64,000 bases of DNA from Bacillota bacterium (GCA_050952625.1 JBMNLH010000001.1:480001-544000); one strand, 5' to 3'; counted from the first letter of the stretch, positions 1 to 12,636 are shown. Made by a program: numbers and translations. The notes: generated by a model not told the origin, from the letters alone.

Positions 1-151
1 CTAACATTTTGCCAGTTGCCTTCCCTGCAGCTCGCCTGGCTATGCGTTTGCCAACTGTCCCCTTCTTGATCGCAGAAACGTCTCCCAGAAGCTTAGCAAG
101 TCCATAGAGCACGCTTCTGGCCTGGGAGATAGAATCTTTTTTTCTAGCCAC
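1..151 (-). CDS. Small basic hypothetical protein, 3' end beyond window edge (MARKKDSISQARSVLYGLAKLLGDVSAIKKGTVGKRIARRAAGKATGKML...)
   Basis: GTG at 151 preceded by AGAAAGGT RBS; open frame to the edge; resembles a small Lys/Arg/Gly-rich family I recall from Firmicutes; not in ORF track. Confidence 0.6.
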   Translation of the reverse strand, partial: MARKKDSISQARSVLYGLAKLLGDVSAIKKGTVGKRIARRAAGKATGKML

Positions 152-240
152 AATAACACGACCTTTCTAATTTTTTATTATTTCTTTTATTATCTAGCAA
201 ATTTTAGAAGAAGTCTAGTAATAAACACAGGAGGTTAAAG

Positions 241-801
241 TTGGATTGCATACTCACATATTCTAAAATTAGATTTTATCCTACAAAACCAGTGATAACC
301 GATATTAATATAGCTGACATAGCTCATGCCTTGTCACTTATGACCAGAGCAAATGGCCACTTTGAACATTTTTACTCAGTTGCCCAGCATTCTATTAATT
401 GCTACAAGGAAGTAAAAAGCCGTGGGTATTCTACAAGAGTTCAACTGGGTTGCCTTTTGCACGATGCAAGTGAAAGCTATATATCCGATATCACTAGACC
501 GGTTAAAAAGTTTTTGCCAGAGTATTTTATTATTGAAGAAAGGTTACAAAAAACTATCTATCAAAGGTTTGGGATTGGCGATTTGTCTGATGAAGAGCGA
601 AAACAGATAAATGAGATTGATGATGTATTGCTTTACTTTGAGTTTAAAGCACTAATGCTAGTCGAGATATGTGATATAGCCCCAAACAAAACAATGGAGC
701 ATGATTTTTCTCAAAGGGATTTCAAAAGTATTGAACAAGAATTTATTAATATTTTTAATGAACTAATCGGTAATTCTGGTCAATTAAAAAGGGCGCGATA
801 A
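241..801 (+). CDS. HD-domain phosphohydrolase (YfbR/5'-deoxynucleotidase-like)
   Basis: DIAHALS, FYSVAQHS and LLHDASE motifs; AGGAGG RBS before TTG. Confidence 0.8.
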   Translation: MDCILTYSKIRFYPTKPVITDINIADIAHALSLMTRANGHFEHFYSVAQHSINCYKEVKSRGYSTRVQLGCLLHDASESYISDITRPVKKFLPEYFIIEERLQKTIYQRFGIGDLSDEERKQINEIDDVLLYFEFKALMLVEICDIAPNKTMEHDFSQRDFKSIEQEFINIFNELIGNSGQLKRAR

Positions 802-1092
802 TAGAATACCCGGCAGTCTAATTACACGGAATTAAACGTCAATATATCTTAGGGGGTAATCTCTTAATCCCTTTTGTAAGATTTTGGGCGAGAGGAAGCC
901 CTAAATCAGGCAAGAAATATGTCAACTCTTAAAGGAATTTACTGGACTATGTTGAATATAGTCAATTAGATATTAGTTGTTCAATGATGATCGTGTACCT
1001 TAATTGAAAAAAATGGTATTAAACAGAGCGCGTTTACGTTAATTAGCAAGGGATTTATTGATTTGTAGCTTTGGGCTGAGGAGCGTGAATTA

Positions 1093-2874
1093 ATGTTAAA
1101 GCTAAAAGTAGGGATAATTGGGGCCGGACAGGGGGGAACCGCCATCCTGGATGCCCTGTCCACTCAAGAAGAGGTAGAGGTAATCGGTATTTGCGATATC
1201 AATTCAGTTGCTCCCGGTTTAACCTTAGCTAAGAAATTAAAGGTACCTGTTTTAACTGATTATCGCGAACTCCTGCAACAGTCCAACCTGGACCTGGTCT
1301 TTGAGGTAACTGGGACTGAGACGGTCCGGGAAGCAGTGCATGCGGAATGCCCGGCTGGAGTTAATATAGTAGACGCTCAGGTTGCCAAACTCACCATGGA
1401 TTTAATTGAAGATCTTCTGGAAGCAAACCGGAGACTGAAAGAATTAGATCAGATGAAATCGGACTTTCTTTCGACAGTATCTCATGAATTAAGAACCCCT
1501 CTGACCTCAGTTCTTGGCTTTGCGAAAATTATCAAAAAGAGGTTTGATGAGGTTATCATTCCGCAAGTAAAAGTTGATAATAAAAAGATAGAAAGAGCAA
1601 TTCAGCAAATAAAAGACAACATTAGTATCATCGTTTCCGAAGGTGAGAGACTGACGGCGTTGATAAACGACGTCCTAGACATAGCCAAGATGGAGGCCGG
1701 AAAGATCGACTGGAAGATGGAACCAGTTTCAGTGGCGGATGTCCTGGAAACGGCAATACTAGCCACTACCTCCCTTTTTGAGCCTAAGGAGCTCATATTG
1801 ATCCGGGAGATTGAGGAGGATTTGCCGCCAATAAACGGGGATCGGGATAGGCTGATTCGAGTGGCCATTAATCTCATTTCAAACGCGATAAAATTTACTA
1901 GTACGGGCTCAGTAACCTGTAGAGCTAAACGCTTCGAAGATACCATAACCGTCAGTGTGATAGACACCGGTATTGGGATCGGCAAAGGAGATCTTACCAA
2001 TGTATTTGAGAAGTTCCGACAGGTGGGAGATACCCTTACGGATAAGCCTAAAGGGACCGGTCTTGGACTGGCGATATGCAGGCAGATAGTCGAATATCAC
2101 GGTGGTCAGATCTGGGTGGAAAGTGAACCCGGTAAAGGGAGCAACTTTTCTTTTACCCTGCCCATTGGCCAGGAAACCGGGAAAAAAGTACGGACATTTA
2201 ACGTAGATAACCTGGTCAAACATTTGCGGGATCATGTAACAACAGTAACCCCGGGCCTGGCGGAAGGCCAACGGAGCATCCTGGTCGTAGACGATGACAT
2301 TAATATAAGGGCACTGCTTCGGCAGGAGCTTGAAGCAGTAGGTTATCAAGTAAGAGAGGCCAAAGACGGGGTGGAGGCTATCGTTCAGGTCAAGAAAGAA
2401 AAGCCCGATCTGATCGTTCTGGATGTCATGATGCCTAAAATGAATGGATTTGATGTTGCCGCGGTTTTGAAAAATGACCCGGATACAGTGAATATACCAA
2501 TTGTCATCCTTTCCATTATTGAAGATCAGGGGAGAGGTTACCGGGTTGGCGTTGACCTGTACTTTACCAAGCCGATTAATACCGAAGAATTGCTCAAGGC
2601 GATTGGATTGCTAATATCTCAGGGTGGTTCGAAAAAAAAGGTGCTGGTGGTTGATGAAGATGAGTCCACGGTCAAGACCCTTTCGGAGGTGTTGGAGACC
2701 AAGGGGTATGTGGTGGTTGAGGCCTATAACGGCGAAGACTGTATCAAAAAGGCAGAATCCGAAAAACCAGATATGATCATTGCTAATACTTTGTTTACAG
2801 AACGGCATGATATCGTAACCACTCTGCGATTTGAGAAAGGGCTGGAAAATATACTTTTCTTTTTACTGAGTTAG
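1093..2874 (+). CDS. Hybrid sensor histidine kinase: Rossmann-like N-terminal domain, HisKA, HATPase, REC, pseudo-REC
   Basis: GIIGAGQGG; SHELRTPL H-box; [14 protein letters not shown] and GTGLGL boxes; ILVVDDD...LDVMMP receiver; second receiver lacks the phospho-Asp (MIIANT). Confidence 0.9.
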   Translation: MLKLKVGIIGAGQGGTAILDALSTQEEVEVIGICDINSVAPGLTLAKKLKVPVLTDYRELLQQSNLDLVFEVTGTETVREAVHAECPAGVNIVDAQVAKLTMDLIEDLLEANRRLKELDQMKSDFLSTVSHELRTPLTSVLGFAKIIKKRFDEVIIPQVKVDNKKIERAIQQIKDNISIIVSEGERLTALINDVLDIAKMEAGKIDWKMEPVSVADVLETAILATTSLFEPKELILIREIEEDLPPINGDRDRLIRVAINLISNAIKFTSTGSVTCRAKRFEDTITVSVIDTGIGIGKGDLTNVFEKFRQVGDTLTDKPKGTGLGLAICRQIVEYHGGQIWVESEPGKGSNFSFTLPIGQETGKKVRTFNVDNLVKHLRDHVTTVTPGLAEGQRSILVVDDDINIRALLRQELEAVGYQVREAKDGVEAIVQVKKEKPDLIVLDVMMPKMNGFDVAAVLKNDPDTVNIPIVILSIIEDQGRGYRVGVDLYFTKPINTEELLKAIGLLISQGGSKKKVLVVDEDESTVKTLSEVLETKGYVVVEAYNGEDCIKKAESEKPDMIIANTLFTERHDIVTTLRFEKGLENILFFLLS

Positions 2875-2953
2875 TAAATTTTCTACAATTAAGAAAGAAA
2901 GCGGTCGACGCGATAACCAGCGGAACGTTCTGAAGCAGAAAAAAGGATTAAAT

Positions 2954-4295
2954 ATGATTCGAATTAAATTGAAGCGCTTGCTCGCCAAAAAAGAGGTAGC
3001 ATCGATTATCCAAGATATTATTAATTTTTTAACGTTGCCTTTATTAGTGCAAGATTCAGAGGGCCAGGTACTTATAGGCGATACCAGCGAACAGCTTCCT
3101 TATCGGTACCCAGTAGATTATGAAGGAATGGTTATTGGCTGGGTAAGCGGGGAGCAAAAGGCTTCGGTCATTGCCGCCTTGCTTTCCTATCTAGCCCAGA
3201 TAGAATTTGAAAAGAAGACTCTAGGCCGGGAAACTTTGGAAAAATATAAAGAAATAACCCTGCTGTACAACATTACCGAAAAGTTATCCGCCAGCCTTGA
3301 TCCCAAAGAGGTTGCCCAGTTAGTCGTGGATGAGGCCCCAGAGGCTCATTAAGGCCGACAACCTGTCCGTGATGTTGAAAAATGAAGATACCGACATGTT
3401 TGAGGTGATCTTCGGATCAGGGAAAAAGTCTTGGCCCAAGAGGGGGTTTAAGGTGGGAGAGGGGATTGCAGGTAATGTAGTACTGACTGGAAAAGCGGAG
3501 ATCGTCAACCATGTTCAGGCTGATCCGAGATATGAAGATAGCGCCAACAAGATTAGTTCCTTGATGTGCGCTCCCCTAAAGATAAAAGATAAGGTTATTG
3601 GTGTTATTAACATCAGTAGCGAAGAACCGGTTCGTTATACTGCTGAAGAGCTAAAGATTTTAAGTGCTCTGGCTTTTCAAGCCGCTGCGGCTATTGAAAA
3701 TGCAAGACTATATGATCAATTAAAAGATACCTTTTTGAACACGGTTAATACCCTGGCAGAGACAATTGAAAAAAGAGATCCTTACACTGGGGGGCATACC
3801 CGAAGAGTAATGGATTATAGTGTAAGCATTGCTAAAACGTTAAAACTGTCCGATCGGCAAATTGAAAATATTAGATTAGCGGCAATCCTGCACGATATTG
3901 GAAAGATCGGGGTTAGAGACAGTATTTTGCTTAAGAATGAAAAACTGTCGACAGAAGAATCTAATACGATTAAAATGCATCCAATCTACGCCGAAGAAAT
4001 ACTGAGCCCAATTAAGAATTTAAAGGATATTATTCCCGGAATTAAATACCACCACGAGCGCTTCGATGGCCAGGGTTATCCTGAGAGGTTAAAAGGGGAT
4101 GAAATTGATATAATGGCCAGGATAATCGCAGTAGCGGATGCCTTTGATGCCATGACCTCGGATCGTCCTTATCGAAAAGGTTTGAGCACGGATGTAGCTA
4201 TGGAAGAACTGAAGAAGAATTTAGGCACCCAGTTTGATCCCGAGGTGGTAAGGGCGTTTATTAAGGTTTATGAGGCCAATAAACAGTCTAAATAG
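2954..4295 (+). CDS. GAF + HD-GYP phosphodiesterase, split by a +1 frameshift near 3337
   Basis: ORFs 2954..3352 and 3330..4295 join at GAGGCCCCAGAGG; GAF (SLMCAPL...AIENARLY), LHDIGK, HHERFDGQGYP, DAMTSDRPYR. Confidence 0.85.
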
Positions 4296-4309
4296 GGGGT
4301 ATAATTCCA

Positions 4310-4687
4310 ATGCCTAAAATATTAATTGCCGATGATGAACCCTATATTCGAATTCTCTTAGAGCAGACTCTGGAGGAGCTAGAAGATGAGGGAGTAGAAT
4401 TAATCTTCGCGGATAATGGAGAGGATGCCCTAGCCTGTATTCAGGAGGACCGGCCGGAGCTGGTTTTTCTCGACGTAATGATGCCCAAGATGAATGGGTT
4501 TGAAGTGTGTAAAGCGGTTAAGAATGAGCCGGGAATGCAAGACGTTTATATTATTATGCTGACCGCGAAGGGGCAGGAATTCGATAAAAAGAGGGGTTTA
4601 GAAGTTAACGCAGATATTTATATGACCAAGCCGTTTAATCCAGATGAAGTAATTGAAAAGGCCCGAGATGTTATAGGCATCTACTAA
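4310..4687 (+). CDS. Single-domain response regulator (REC)
   Basis: ILIADDE, FLDVMMP, MLTA, TKPF motifs. Confidence 0.92.
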   Translation: MPKILIADDEPYIRILLEQTLEELEDEGVELIFADNGEDALACIQEDRPELVFLDVMMPKMNGFEVCKAVKNEPGMQDVYIIMLTAKGQEFDKKRGLEVNADIYMTKPFNPDEVIEKARDVIGIY

Positions 4688-4720
4688 CTTAAATTTGGGC
4701 AAATGGGCGGCAAATAAGAA

Positions 4721-4748
4721 AAAGGGCGACATTTTCTTGTCGCCCTTT
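4721..4748 (+). terminator. Intrinsic terminator after the signalling operon
   Basis: AAAGGGCGAC-loop-GTCGCCCTTT hairpin. Confidence 0.65.
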
Positions 4749-4949
4749 AAACATGGTCTTTATTAAAACATTTTGAAATACCAGCAAATCGTCTGCTTTA
4801 AATATTTTTAGCATCGAAGCTTGCTGGTTTTTTATTTCCCAAAATCCGTAGTCAGCCTTTTTCCCTTAATTCTGCATTTCAAATAAAGGATAAAAATAAT
4901 TTTAGCAGGAAAATTGTTGCATTCGGTCGAAATATATTTTTTTGTATAT

Positions 4950-6446
4950 AAGCCTTTTGCATATTCAAAAATCCTTGATTTTATTGGTTTTTTGGAAGGC
5001 AAAAAAAGGACTTCACCCCTGTTTTAGAGAAATTTCAAGTGACCAAACTAGAAATCCTAAAAGAGGTGAAGTCACTGGTATATTCTCCAACAAATGCTTT
5101 TTTCCTTCGAGGAGTTAATAGAAATGGAGTCAAAAGATAAACTACCGATATTTTTTGCCTCCCTTGATTTAGAACCTATTGTAATTAAATTGAGAAGTCA
5201 GATTCCCCAAGGGGCAATCGGTTATTCAAGAGAAGGAATCCTTCGGGCCATATTGGCCGCCCCCCTTGAAGGAATTGCCACATTTACTGGTTTGGTAAAC
5301 CGGCTTAAATCGGATATTCGGTTTCGTTATCAGTGTGGTCTTGGAATTGGTAAAGTTCCATCTATATCTACTTTTAGCCGGGTATTCAAAAAGATTGTAA
5401 AAGCTAATCTAGCAGAAGAACTATTCACCTCGCTGGTACAAGAATGTCTGCGACAAGGAGTTATTGATGGAAAGGTTATTGCCATTGACAGTACAGCTAT
5501 CGAAGCCTATGAAAAGAAACAACCGAGGAGCCGTAGCAAAGAAACTGGTAACGCTGACTGGGGTGTGAAAAAAGATTCCTTCAATAATAAAGTTACCTGG
5601 TTTGGCTACAAACTCCATATAGCTGTTGATGCCACTAGTGAGTTACCCTTAGCTTTTGAGGTAACACCAGCTAATATTAATGATGGAGATATTGGACCAG
5701 TATTGATCGAAAAAGTTACTTCAATCATGCCTCAGAGCCAGTGGCCTAAATATTATTCGATGGATTCTGGTTACGACCAACATAAAAACTACGAGGCAGC
5801 CCGAAAAGCTAGAGCTCAAGCGATTATTCCCTTAAACCCTCGGAATGAGAAGGAGCCACCGGCTGGTATGACGGCCAATGGGACTCCTGTTTGTTCGATG
5901 AATTACCCGATGGTTTATTGGGGAGCTGATAAAGAAATAATCAAATTTCGTTGTCCTCATGTCTTAGGGAAAGTGAATTGCCCCTTCGGTTCTGCCTGGT
6001 GTTCAGATTCCAACTACGGCATGGTCGAAAAGATAAATATAACTGATGATCTACGCAGATATTCGCTTCCCCATAGGGATACGCGAAAATGGAAAGAACT
6101 TTACAATCGGCGAACCGCAGTAGAAAGGGTAAACTCTCGTTTAAAAGACTACTTAACGGCTGATCAAATACATGTTTGTGGTATTCAAAAAGCCAAAACT
6201 TACATAACGCTAAATCTAATTATTCTGCTAGCCGGGGCTTTGGCTAGTAGGACGTCAACTCAAAGGGCTGCTTAACCTACTTGTTAGCAATAGGTAGACT
6301 AAAGGTTTAAAATTCTGTTTTTGTGCCCTGATGGAGTTTAAAATATCTGCTAAAAGATATTAACTATAAATCGTGGCGAAGAATGCCTTGATTACTTAGG
6401 ATTCTTTTATTTCTCTTGCTGAAAACTTTAATTTTGCAAAAGGCTC
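4950..6446 (+). mobile_element. Insertion sequence, IS4/IS5/IS1182-like DDE type
   Basis: Terminal inverted repeats AGCCTTTTGCATAT (4951) and ATTTTGCAAAAGGCT (6431-6445); possible ATAT target duplication (4946-4949, 6447-6450). Confidence 0.8.
5094..6275 (+). CDS. DDE transposase
   Basis: PSISTFSR, IAIDST, FGYKLH, MDSGYD, YNRRTAVERVNSRLK motifs. Confidence 0.9.
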   Translation: MLFSFEELIEMESKDKLPIFFASLDLEPIVIKLRSQIPQGAIGYSREGILRAILAAPLEGIATFTGLVNRLKSDIRFRYQCGLGIGKVPSISTFSRVFKKIVKANLAEELFTSLVQECLRQGVIDGKVIAIDSTAIEAYEKKQPRSRSKETGNADWGVKKDSFNNKVTWFGYKLHIAVDATSELPLAFEVTPANINDGDIGPVLIEKVTSIMPQSQWPKYYSMDSGYDQHKNYEAARKARAQAIIPLNPRNEKEPPAGMTANGTPVCSMNYPMVYWGADKEIIKFRCPHVLGKVNCPFGSAWCSDSNYGMVEKINITDDLRRYSLPHRDTRKWKELYNRRTAVERVNSRLKDYLTADQIHVCGIQKAKTYITLNLIILLAGALASRTSTQRAA

Positions 6447-6554
6447 ATATAATAGATTAAACATTTTACAACATAATGGATTGGGTTGAAATAACAAAAA
6501 GAGTTGATTTATTGCAATTTCATCCAGGTGCATAGCTATCAGGGGGTAGGAATA

Positions 6555-9500
6555 ATGGCCGAAATGATATGCGCAATTGAACAAATCAACAATCAGGGTG
6601 AAGAAGCGTTTTATCGTGCACTTGATGCTTATTTAGACAACACTCATGTCGTATATTGGAATCGTGAGATATATGGCCGCGAGTTTGATTTTTGTGTCCT
6701 CATTCTTGAAATTGGAATCGCAGTTATTGAAGTAAAAGGCTGGCAAGAAGACACTATTGTTGATGTTCCTCGCGGTGAATATGTAATCATCCGAACTGAA
6801 CAAGGGGAAGAATGTAGTAACCCTCGTATTCAAGCCCGTGCATATCGTTTTGCAGTGTTTAATCACATAAAAAATAAATTGGGGAAGCAGCCTGTGGTAT
6901 TTCACATGGTCTGCTATCCTTTTATATCTTTTGATTCTTACATAGACAAGCATCTTGACCTAATTAGTGAACCTCAGCTGACGTTCACAAAGGATGATTT
7001 AGCATCAAAAGATAATTTTTTAAACAAGCTGGATCAGGCTATTGCTTTTTTCCGCAACTGGGGTAGTCACGCATTTACCCCAATTTTAATGAATCAGGTC
7101 CGTTCTCTGTTTGAGCCAAATGTTTGTTTTGAAAAAGAAGTGGCTGATACCAAATCGATAAGCAAACCTAAGTGCCATCATTTAATCCCCTGCTACTCGA
7201 TTGTCTGCTATATTCCTGCTTCTGAGAATAGTTGGCAAACAATTATTGACGAGCTGGCTGAGGCATACAGTAGTGGATGTCGTATTTATTGCATGGTTGG
7301 AACTCAGGAAATGCTTAAATATACCGCAGAAAAAGTCACTAAGATCCTAAAAGATAAAGGTTTAAAAGTAAACCATAAAGGCGATTTAGAGCTTGGTGTT
7401 ATTAGCTTATTACCGGTTGACAGTTCACGTCTATCCATATTCAATTGGCAAACGGTGATCATAGATTCTGTTGCTACCTTAAAAGATATACCTCATTTCA
7501 AGGTTATAGACGGTGAGCTTGATGCCTTGCCAGAAGCTGAAGCATGGTTATTCAAGCTGGATGCCTGTGGAGCATTTAATTTTTCGCAATACCTAGTAGA
7601 ACATGCCAAGACACACAAAAATATTTTAGTGCGCGCCGGTGCTGGTACGGGCAAGACTTATGCCATGATATTGCGTGTTGCTTATTTGTGCTACGCAGAA
7701 GATATTTCCCCGGCCAATCTTGCGGATCGCATATTAATGATAACGTTTACTAATGATGCGGCCGATAATATGAAAAATCGCTTAAAAAGCTGTTTCCAGA
7801 ATTATTTTTTGCTTACCGGGCAAGTCGATTTTCTTGAGATGATCGCCCAAGTTGACTGTATGCAGATTAGTACTATTCACTCATACGCCCAATGTATCAT
7901 TAAAAAACTTGGAACAGCAGTTGGATATGGCCAGGATTTGAAAATAACCTCTGGTCTTTATAATCGAAGACTTTTATTGGAAGAAACTCTTGAGAATTAT
8001 GTTCGAGAACAAACCAGAATTAACCCGCAATTCCTTAACGGACTTGGATTGCCAGTCTACGAGCTTCGGGAGAAGTTGATGACTTTCATAGACCGCCTGG
8101 AGAATAAAAGCATTGATATATCCGAGGTTAAGCCGGAACAATTTGGTACTACTAAAAACAATCAACAACTACATCAGTTATTGATTGCCGTTTTAAGTCA
8201 AACGGAACGAGAATTTGACAAGCTATTACTTAAAGAAAACCGTATATACCTTGGCAGTATAATGTCTGTCTTAGCGCGTCTGGTTGCCAAATATCCAGAA
8301 AGGCTTCAAGAAGAATTGTCATTTGGCACTCGCTATATGTTTATAGATGAATTTCAAGATACGGATGACATACAAATTGCGGTTCTTAAAGAGATTTGTC
8401 GGCATGTAGGATACTTAATGTTCGTCGTTGGCGATATTAAACAATGCATCTACCGCTTCCGGGGAGCTGAAGAAAAAGCATTTGACCACCTAAAAATAGA
8501 TGAAGATCCTAATCTTTGGGAAGAGTTTTCTCTCTTTCAAGAATTACAGAACAGATAAAGATTTGCTTAAACGGTATCAAAATATCTTTTCTGTCTGGGG
8601 CAGACCTAAGAAAAATTTACTTACCTATGATCCTCAAGTTGACACATTAATTAGCGATTTGTCCTTTAATAATAATGCTCCGGCTGATTCATACTATCAT
8701 GTCATTTCTATTAGTGCAGAAAGTAATCGTTTACCGGAAAACCTTCAACGAAGTACGCCGTTATTCAGAGATGATTACGCGACTCCTCACCGATGGTCAG
8801 CATCTATCCAATGCGGAAAGAACGATCGCCATATTAGTGCGTGAAAATTGGCAAGTGAAAGAAATTGTAAAGCATGGTCGGAACGAAGGTTATCCCGCTA
8901 TTCAAACCAGTACCGGTGGTGATCTGTACCAGTCTGTACCGGCCATGGAGTTGTGTACCTTACTTGAGGCTTTACTATTTAACGATCCAGAGCAATTAAG
9001 TCATCTATTGGAATCCAATCTTTTTGGTATATTCCCAGACCGGCTTAAAATGTATGCATTAAAGCCAGCTTTTGCTCGGGGTGAAAAATCGCTGTCAACG
9101 TCAGGTTGAGTACCTAATTAGCCTCATTGATGATATGTTGAGCCAAACGGCTGAGCCCGGTGGTTATACTTGCTGGAAAAACGTTCTGGAAGCGTTACGC
9201 ATATCACCGGTGTTGCAAGTAATCCGTAGCCTATATAACCAACTTCGCCCATGGGTAAGGTTTGGTAAACAACAGGCATGGATGCGTTCATACTACCGAA
9301 TGAATGTGGATTTACTGTTTGAAAAGATCCTGCAAAACTATGGATTGAACAATCTTACCCTTCACCGTCTAGCTACTTTTATGCAGCTCAACATTACCTC
9401 TGGACGTTCCGAGGAATGTCGCTGGGGGGCCTAGTCAAGGGGACAGTGACATCAGGATCCTTTGTACAACTGTCCATAAATCCAAGGGACTGGAGTATGG

Positions 9501-9795
9501 CTATGTTATTCTGCCTTATACTTCGTTTGCCATAGACAACCTTAAGCATTCCGGGATGGATATTATGGTGGGGACTAATGGCACTATTGGTTACAGCTTC
9601 AGATATGCTGATAATCAGGTGCTGCGTAACAATTACTATAATTACGCTCAGGAAGTAGCTGAGCGATTGAACGAGGAAACACGGATCCTATATGTGGCCA
9701 TGACCAGAGCAATCCGGGCTTTTTCATGGATTAAGCTCCAAACAAGTCGTGCCACCTCATGGCAGAGCCTATTGGAGGGAGGTACAAACATATAA
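6555..9795 (+). CDS. NERD nuclease-UvrD/SF1A helicase fusion (~1080 aa once four +1 frameshifts are corrected)
   Basis: NERD REFDF...IEVKGW; AGAGTGKT; ITFTNDAA; ISTIHS; IDEFQDT; VGDIKQCIYRFRGA; KNYRT; AILVREN; TVHKSKGLEY (~9470); EETRILYVAMTRA. Confidence 0.85.
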
Positions 9796-12636
9796 TGAGT
9801 TTTCAAATATATACCTATGGCGATCCCTATCGCCTTGATGAAACGAGCTTTTGGGATAATATCAAAGGTGCTCCTCATTTGTGTAGCTCTCAGGTTATGG
9901 CTAAAGCTTTTCGCAACCTATTTGACTTTGATTCTTTAGTTTGTCCCATTGATAATGTGCTACAAGTAGTCTATAGCGGCTGGTTTAACAATATTGAAAG
10001 GCGTATTGCGCAATACATTGCCATATCAAAACAGCTGGAAGCATGGCAGAAGCGAGATCCCAACAACCGTGATGAACTTTATGCTTCTTTGAAACATAAC
10101 CAAGGCTCTCTGCTGGATGCCCTTCGTTTGTTTGTAGAATTAGGAATAGAGGCAAAAAGCCTGCATCGTTCGCAAGCTAACCTTGAACAAAAGGTTTTTA
10201 TTGCCCTGCTTAATGAAATCAATAATCCAGCTAACCAATTACACGACTCATTTACTTTTAAAGATGGCTATTCCCTAGAGGAGCTTGTTGTCTTTTTTCA
10301 GGACGTAATTGCTTGTGAGATAAAACGTGAAGAAAATGAAGCTATCAAATCAGGCGACCCTCGTTATCGTCGTAGAGCAAGAATTAAAAAATTGCGTGCT
10401 ATTTTGGACAACTTTACTATCCACAATCTAAATCGGGTCGTGGTCCATGGCATTCATCAGTTTACCCCTTTGCAGCTGCGGTTTATCATGCTGCTGGACA
10501 AGCTGGGAGTAGAGGTTGCGTTCCTGTACAACTACCAATCGGAATTTAAAGAGATATATGCTACCTGGGAGCAGATATATCAACTCTTTGGTGTACCTAT
10601 TGAACGGGATACCCTGCTTGGGGCTTATAAAAGTAATACAAAAAGCTACAACCTTGCCAAAGCCTTCGGGCAGCTAATTGAACCAGCTACTCAGCATAAG
10701 GCCCAGGATAGATTAAGCTGGTATCAGGCCGGGCAACAGGTAGAAATGCTTTCTTTTGATAATATTACCGAATATGCCGGGTTTGTTTCTGTTTATTTTG
10801 AGAAGGCCTTGCAGCAAAATCATAACGACCCTAACTCGGCTATGTCTGAGAAAGTATATAGTGCGGGGCGTGAAGTGCATGACTTGCTTCGTCTTTATTA
10901 TCCGCAGCAATCCGGTGATCGCCACTTCCTTTGCTATCCGATAGGCCAATTCTTTAATGGGCTTTACCATATGTGGGACCCGCAAATTGGTCAGCTAAGA
11001 ATTGATTGGGGTTTTTTGAAGGAATGCTTTTCCGCCGGAATACTGCGCGTACCACATCCAGAAAAACTTAATTCTATCTTAGAGATTATCAGTCCCTACT
11101 TCGAGGACGTTAAAACATATGGTCAGCTGACTACTCGCTTAGCTGAATATAAAAAGCAATATAATGCTATTCAGACTATGCAAAATGAGCTTGGCCGACA
11201 ACTCCGCCGCATTGCTTTCTACCGTTCCAATATAATCAATATTGAAGATATTGAAAGCTTTGAAAGTGCTGTAAACCAGCTTAATTCTATTGCGGCTCAT
11301 CTGTTCGCGAGTGATGCCAACAACTACTTGTCATTTGCCCAACATTTTCAAAGGCTTGAGGAATTTATCCGAAACGAACTCTTTAATCTGGTTGAAGCTC
11401 AAGAAAAGGAACTTGTTGAAAGTCTGTTAGAACGGTTTGCCCAGATAGATTATAATACAACTCTGTCTGGTACCATGGAGGATTTAAGGAACGGAATTTA
11501 TTATTATTTGAAACAAAAGAATGCGGAATCCCCGGATTGGATAGTCCGTAATTTTGTTCAGATTGAAGGCGATATTCTCCGCAGTAGATTTCAAAAAGAT
11601 CACGCGCTGAAGAACGGTAAAGAACCTCCTACATACCATTTCGCCTGTTTATCTGACCGCATGATGAACAAAACTATGGATGACCTTCTACCCTGGCCTC
11701 TTTCTGATTACTTTATTCGCAAGGCCTATTCACCTATTGCCTTGATATTCCAGGTTTACTATACAGCATTAAGCGATTATGCCAAGTTTTTACGTTACGC
11801 TTTTTTCTATGGACTTTGCTACAACAATTGCCCGGTAAGGCTCAGTTATGTCGTGCATACGGAGGATAAGGAAGATCAGCCATATTTCTTATTGCGGATG
11901 CTCGGCATAAATATTAAATCGAGCAGTGAATTGGAAACCTTGGTTACTGCATTGCCCACCATTACTGCAGACCAGACTTGTACCACTTTTGTAGCAGGCC
12001 CAGTATGAAATGATGGACTTCTTCCTGTGCCCATATAAATACTACTTGGACATGGTGTGCCGAGGGGAAATTGTCATTGATAATGCTTTCCTCCTCAAAC
12101 GCTATTATTCAAATATGTTGGTTCATGCTGTTTGGAAGCAAATGGCCGGCAAACCGAGAATGAGCGACTCAATCACTACGGTTCGTAAATTACTGAAAAG
12201 TGCCCAAGAAACCTACCGACGGTATTTTCCGTTTTATCGTGACGCTAATGACCTATATGACATGATGCGGGTCGCGGAGAACTACATTGAGCATCATCTA
12301 TGGGAAGGTCGCCTGATGAAAAAATACGATGAAGCACACATGAATATTCGGTTCTTGTTTCAAAAAGCTCGCTTTGAATCCGAAGATTTAAACCCACATC
12401 CTTATGCGGCATTTGAGGCGAAAGCAAGGGTCAATGGCGGCAAAAAAATATATTCCCTCCATATGATTAATCCCTATGGTGAAAATAAACTACTTGAGGC
12501 AATGAAGGAATACATGAAGGTGAATATTGACAAATGCACTGTTGTAGGGGATTGGTGTAATAATTGTGCGCATCGGAAGATATGTCTTAAACCCTATCAG
12601 GTTGAACTTAATAATACTGCCATAGAGAGTGAGTGA
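9795..12636 (+). CDS. AddB-like protein: degenerate helicase-like body plus C-terminal 4-Cys Fe-S 'staple' nuclease-like domain; +1 frameshift near 12000
   Basis: ATG overlaps upstream stop (TAATG); VHGIHQFTPLQ resembles AddB IDGFxxFTPQE; FFLCPYKYYL and WCNNCAHRKIC match the C..CxxC.....C pattern. Confidence 0.55.

Noticed and set aside
8500-9434. Separate small genes or programmed frameshifting in the helicase
   Set aside because: The fragments carry consecutive UvrD motifs; no slippery heptamers are evident and the same +1 pattern occurs in pheT.
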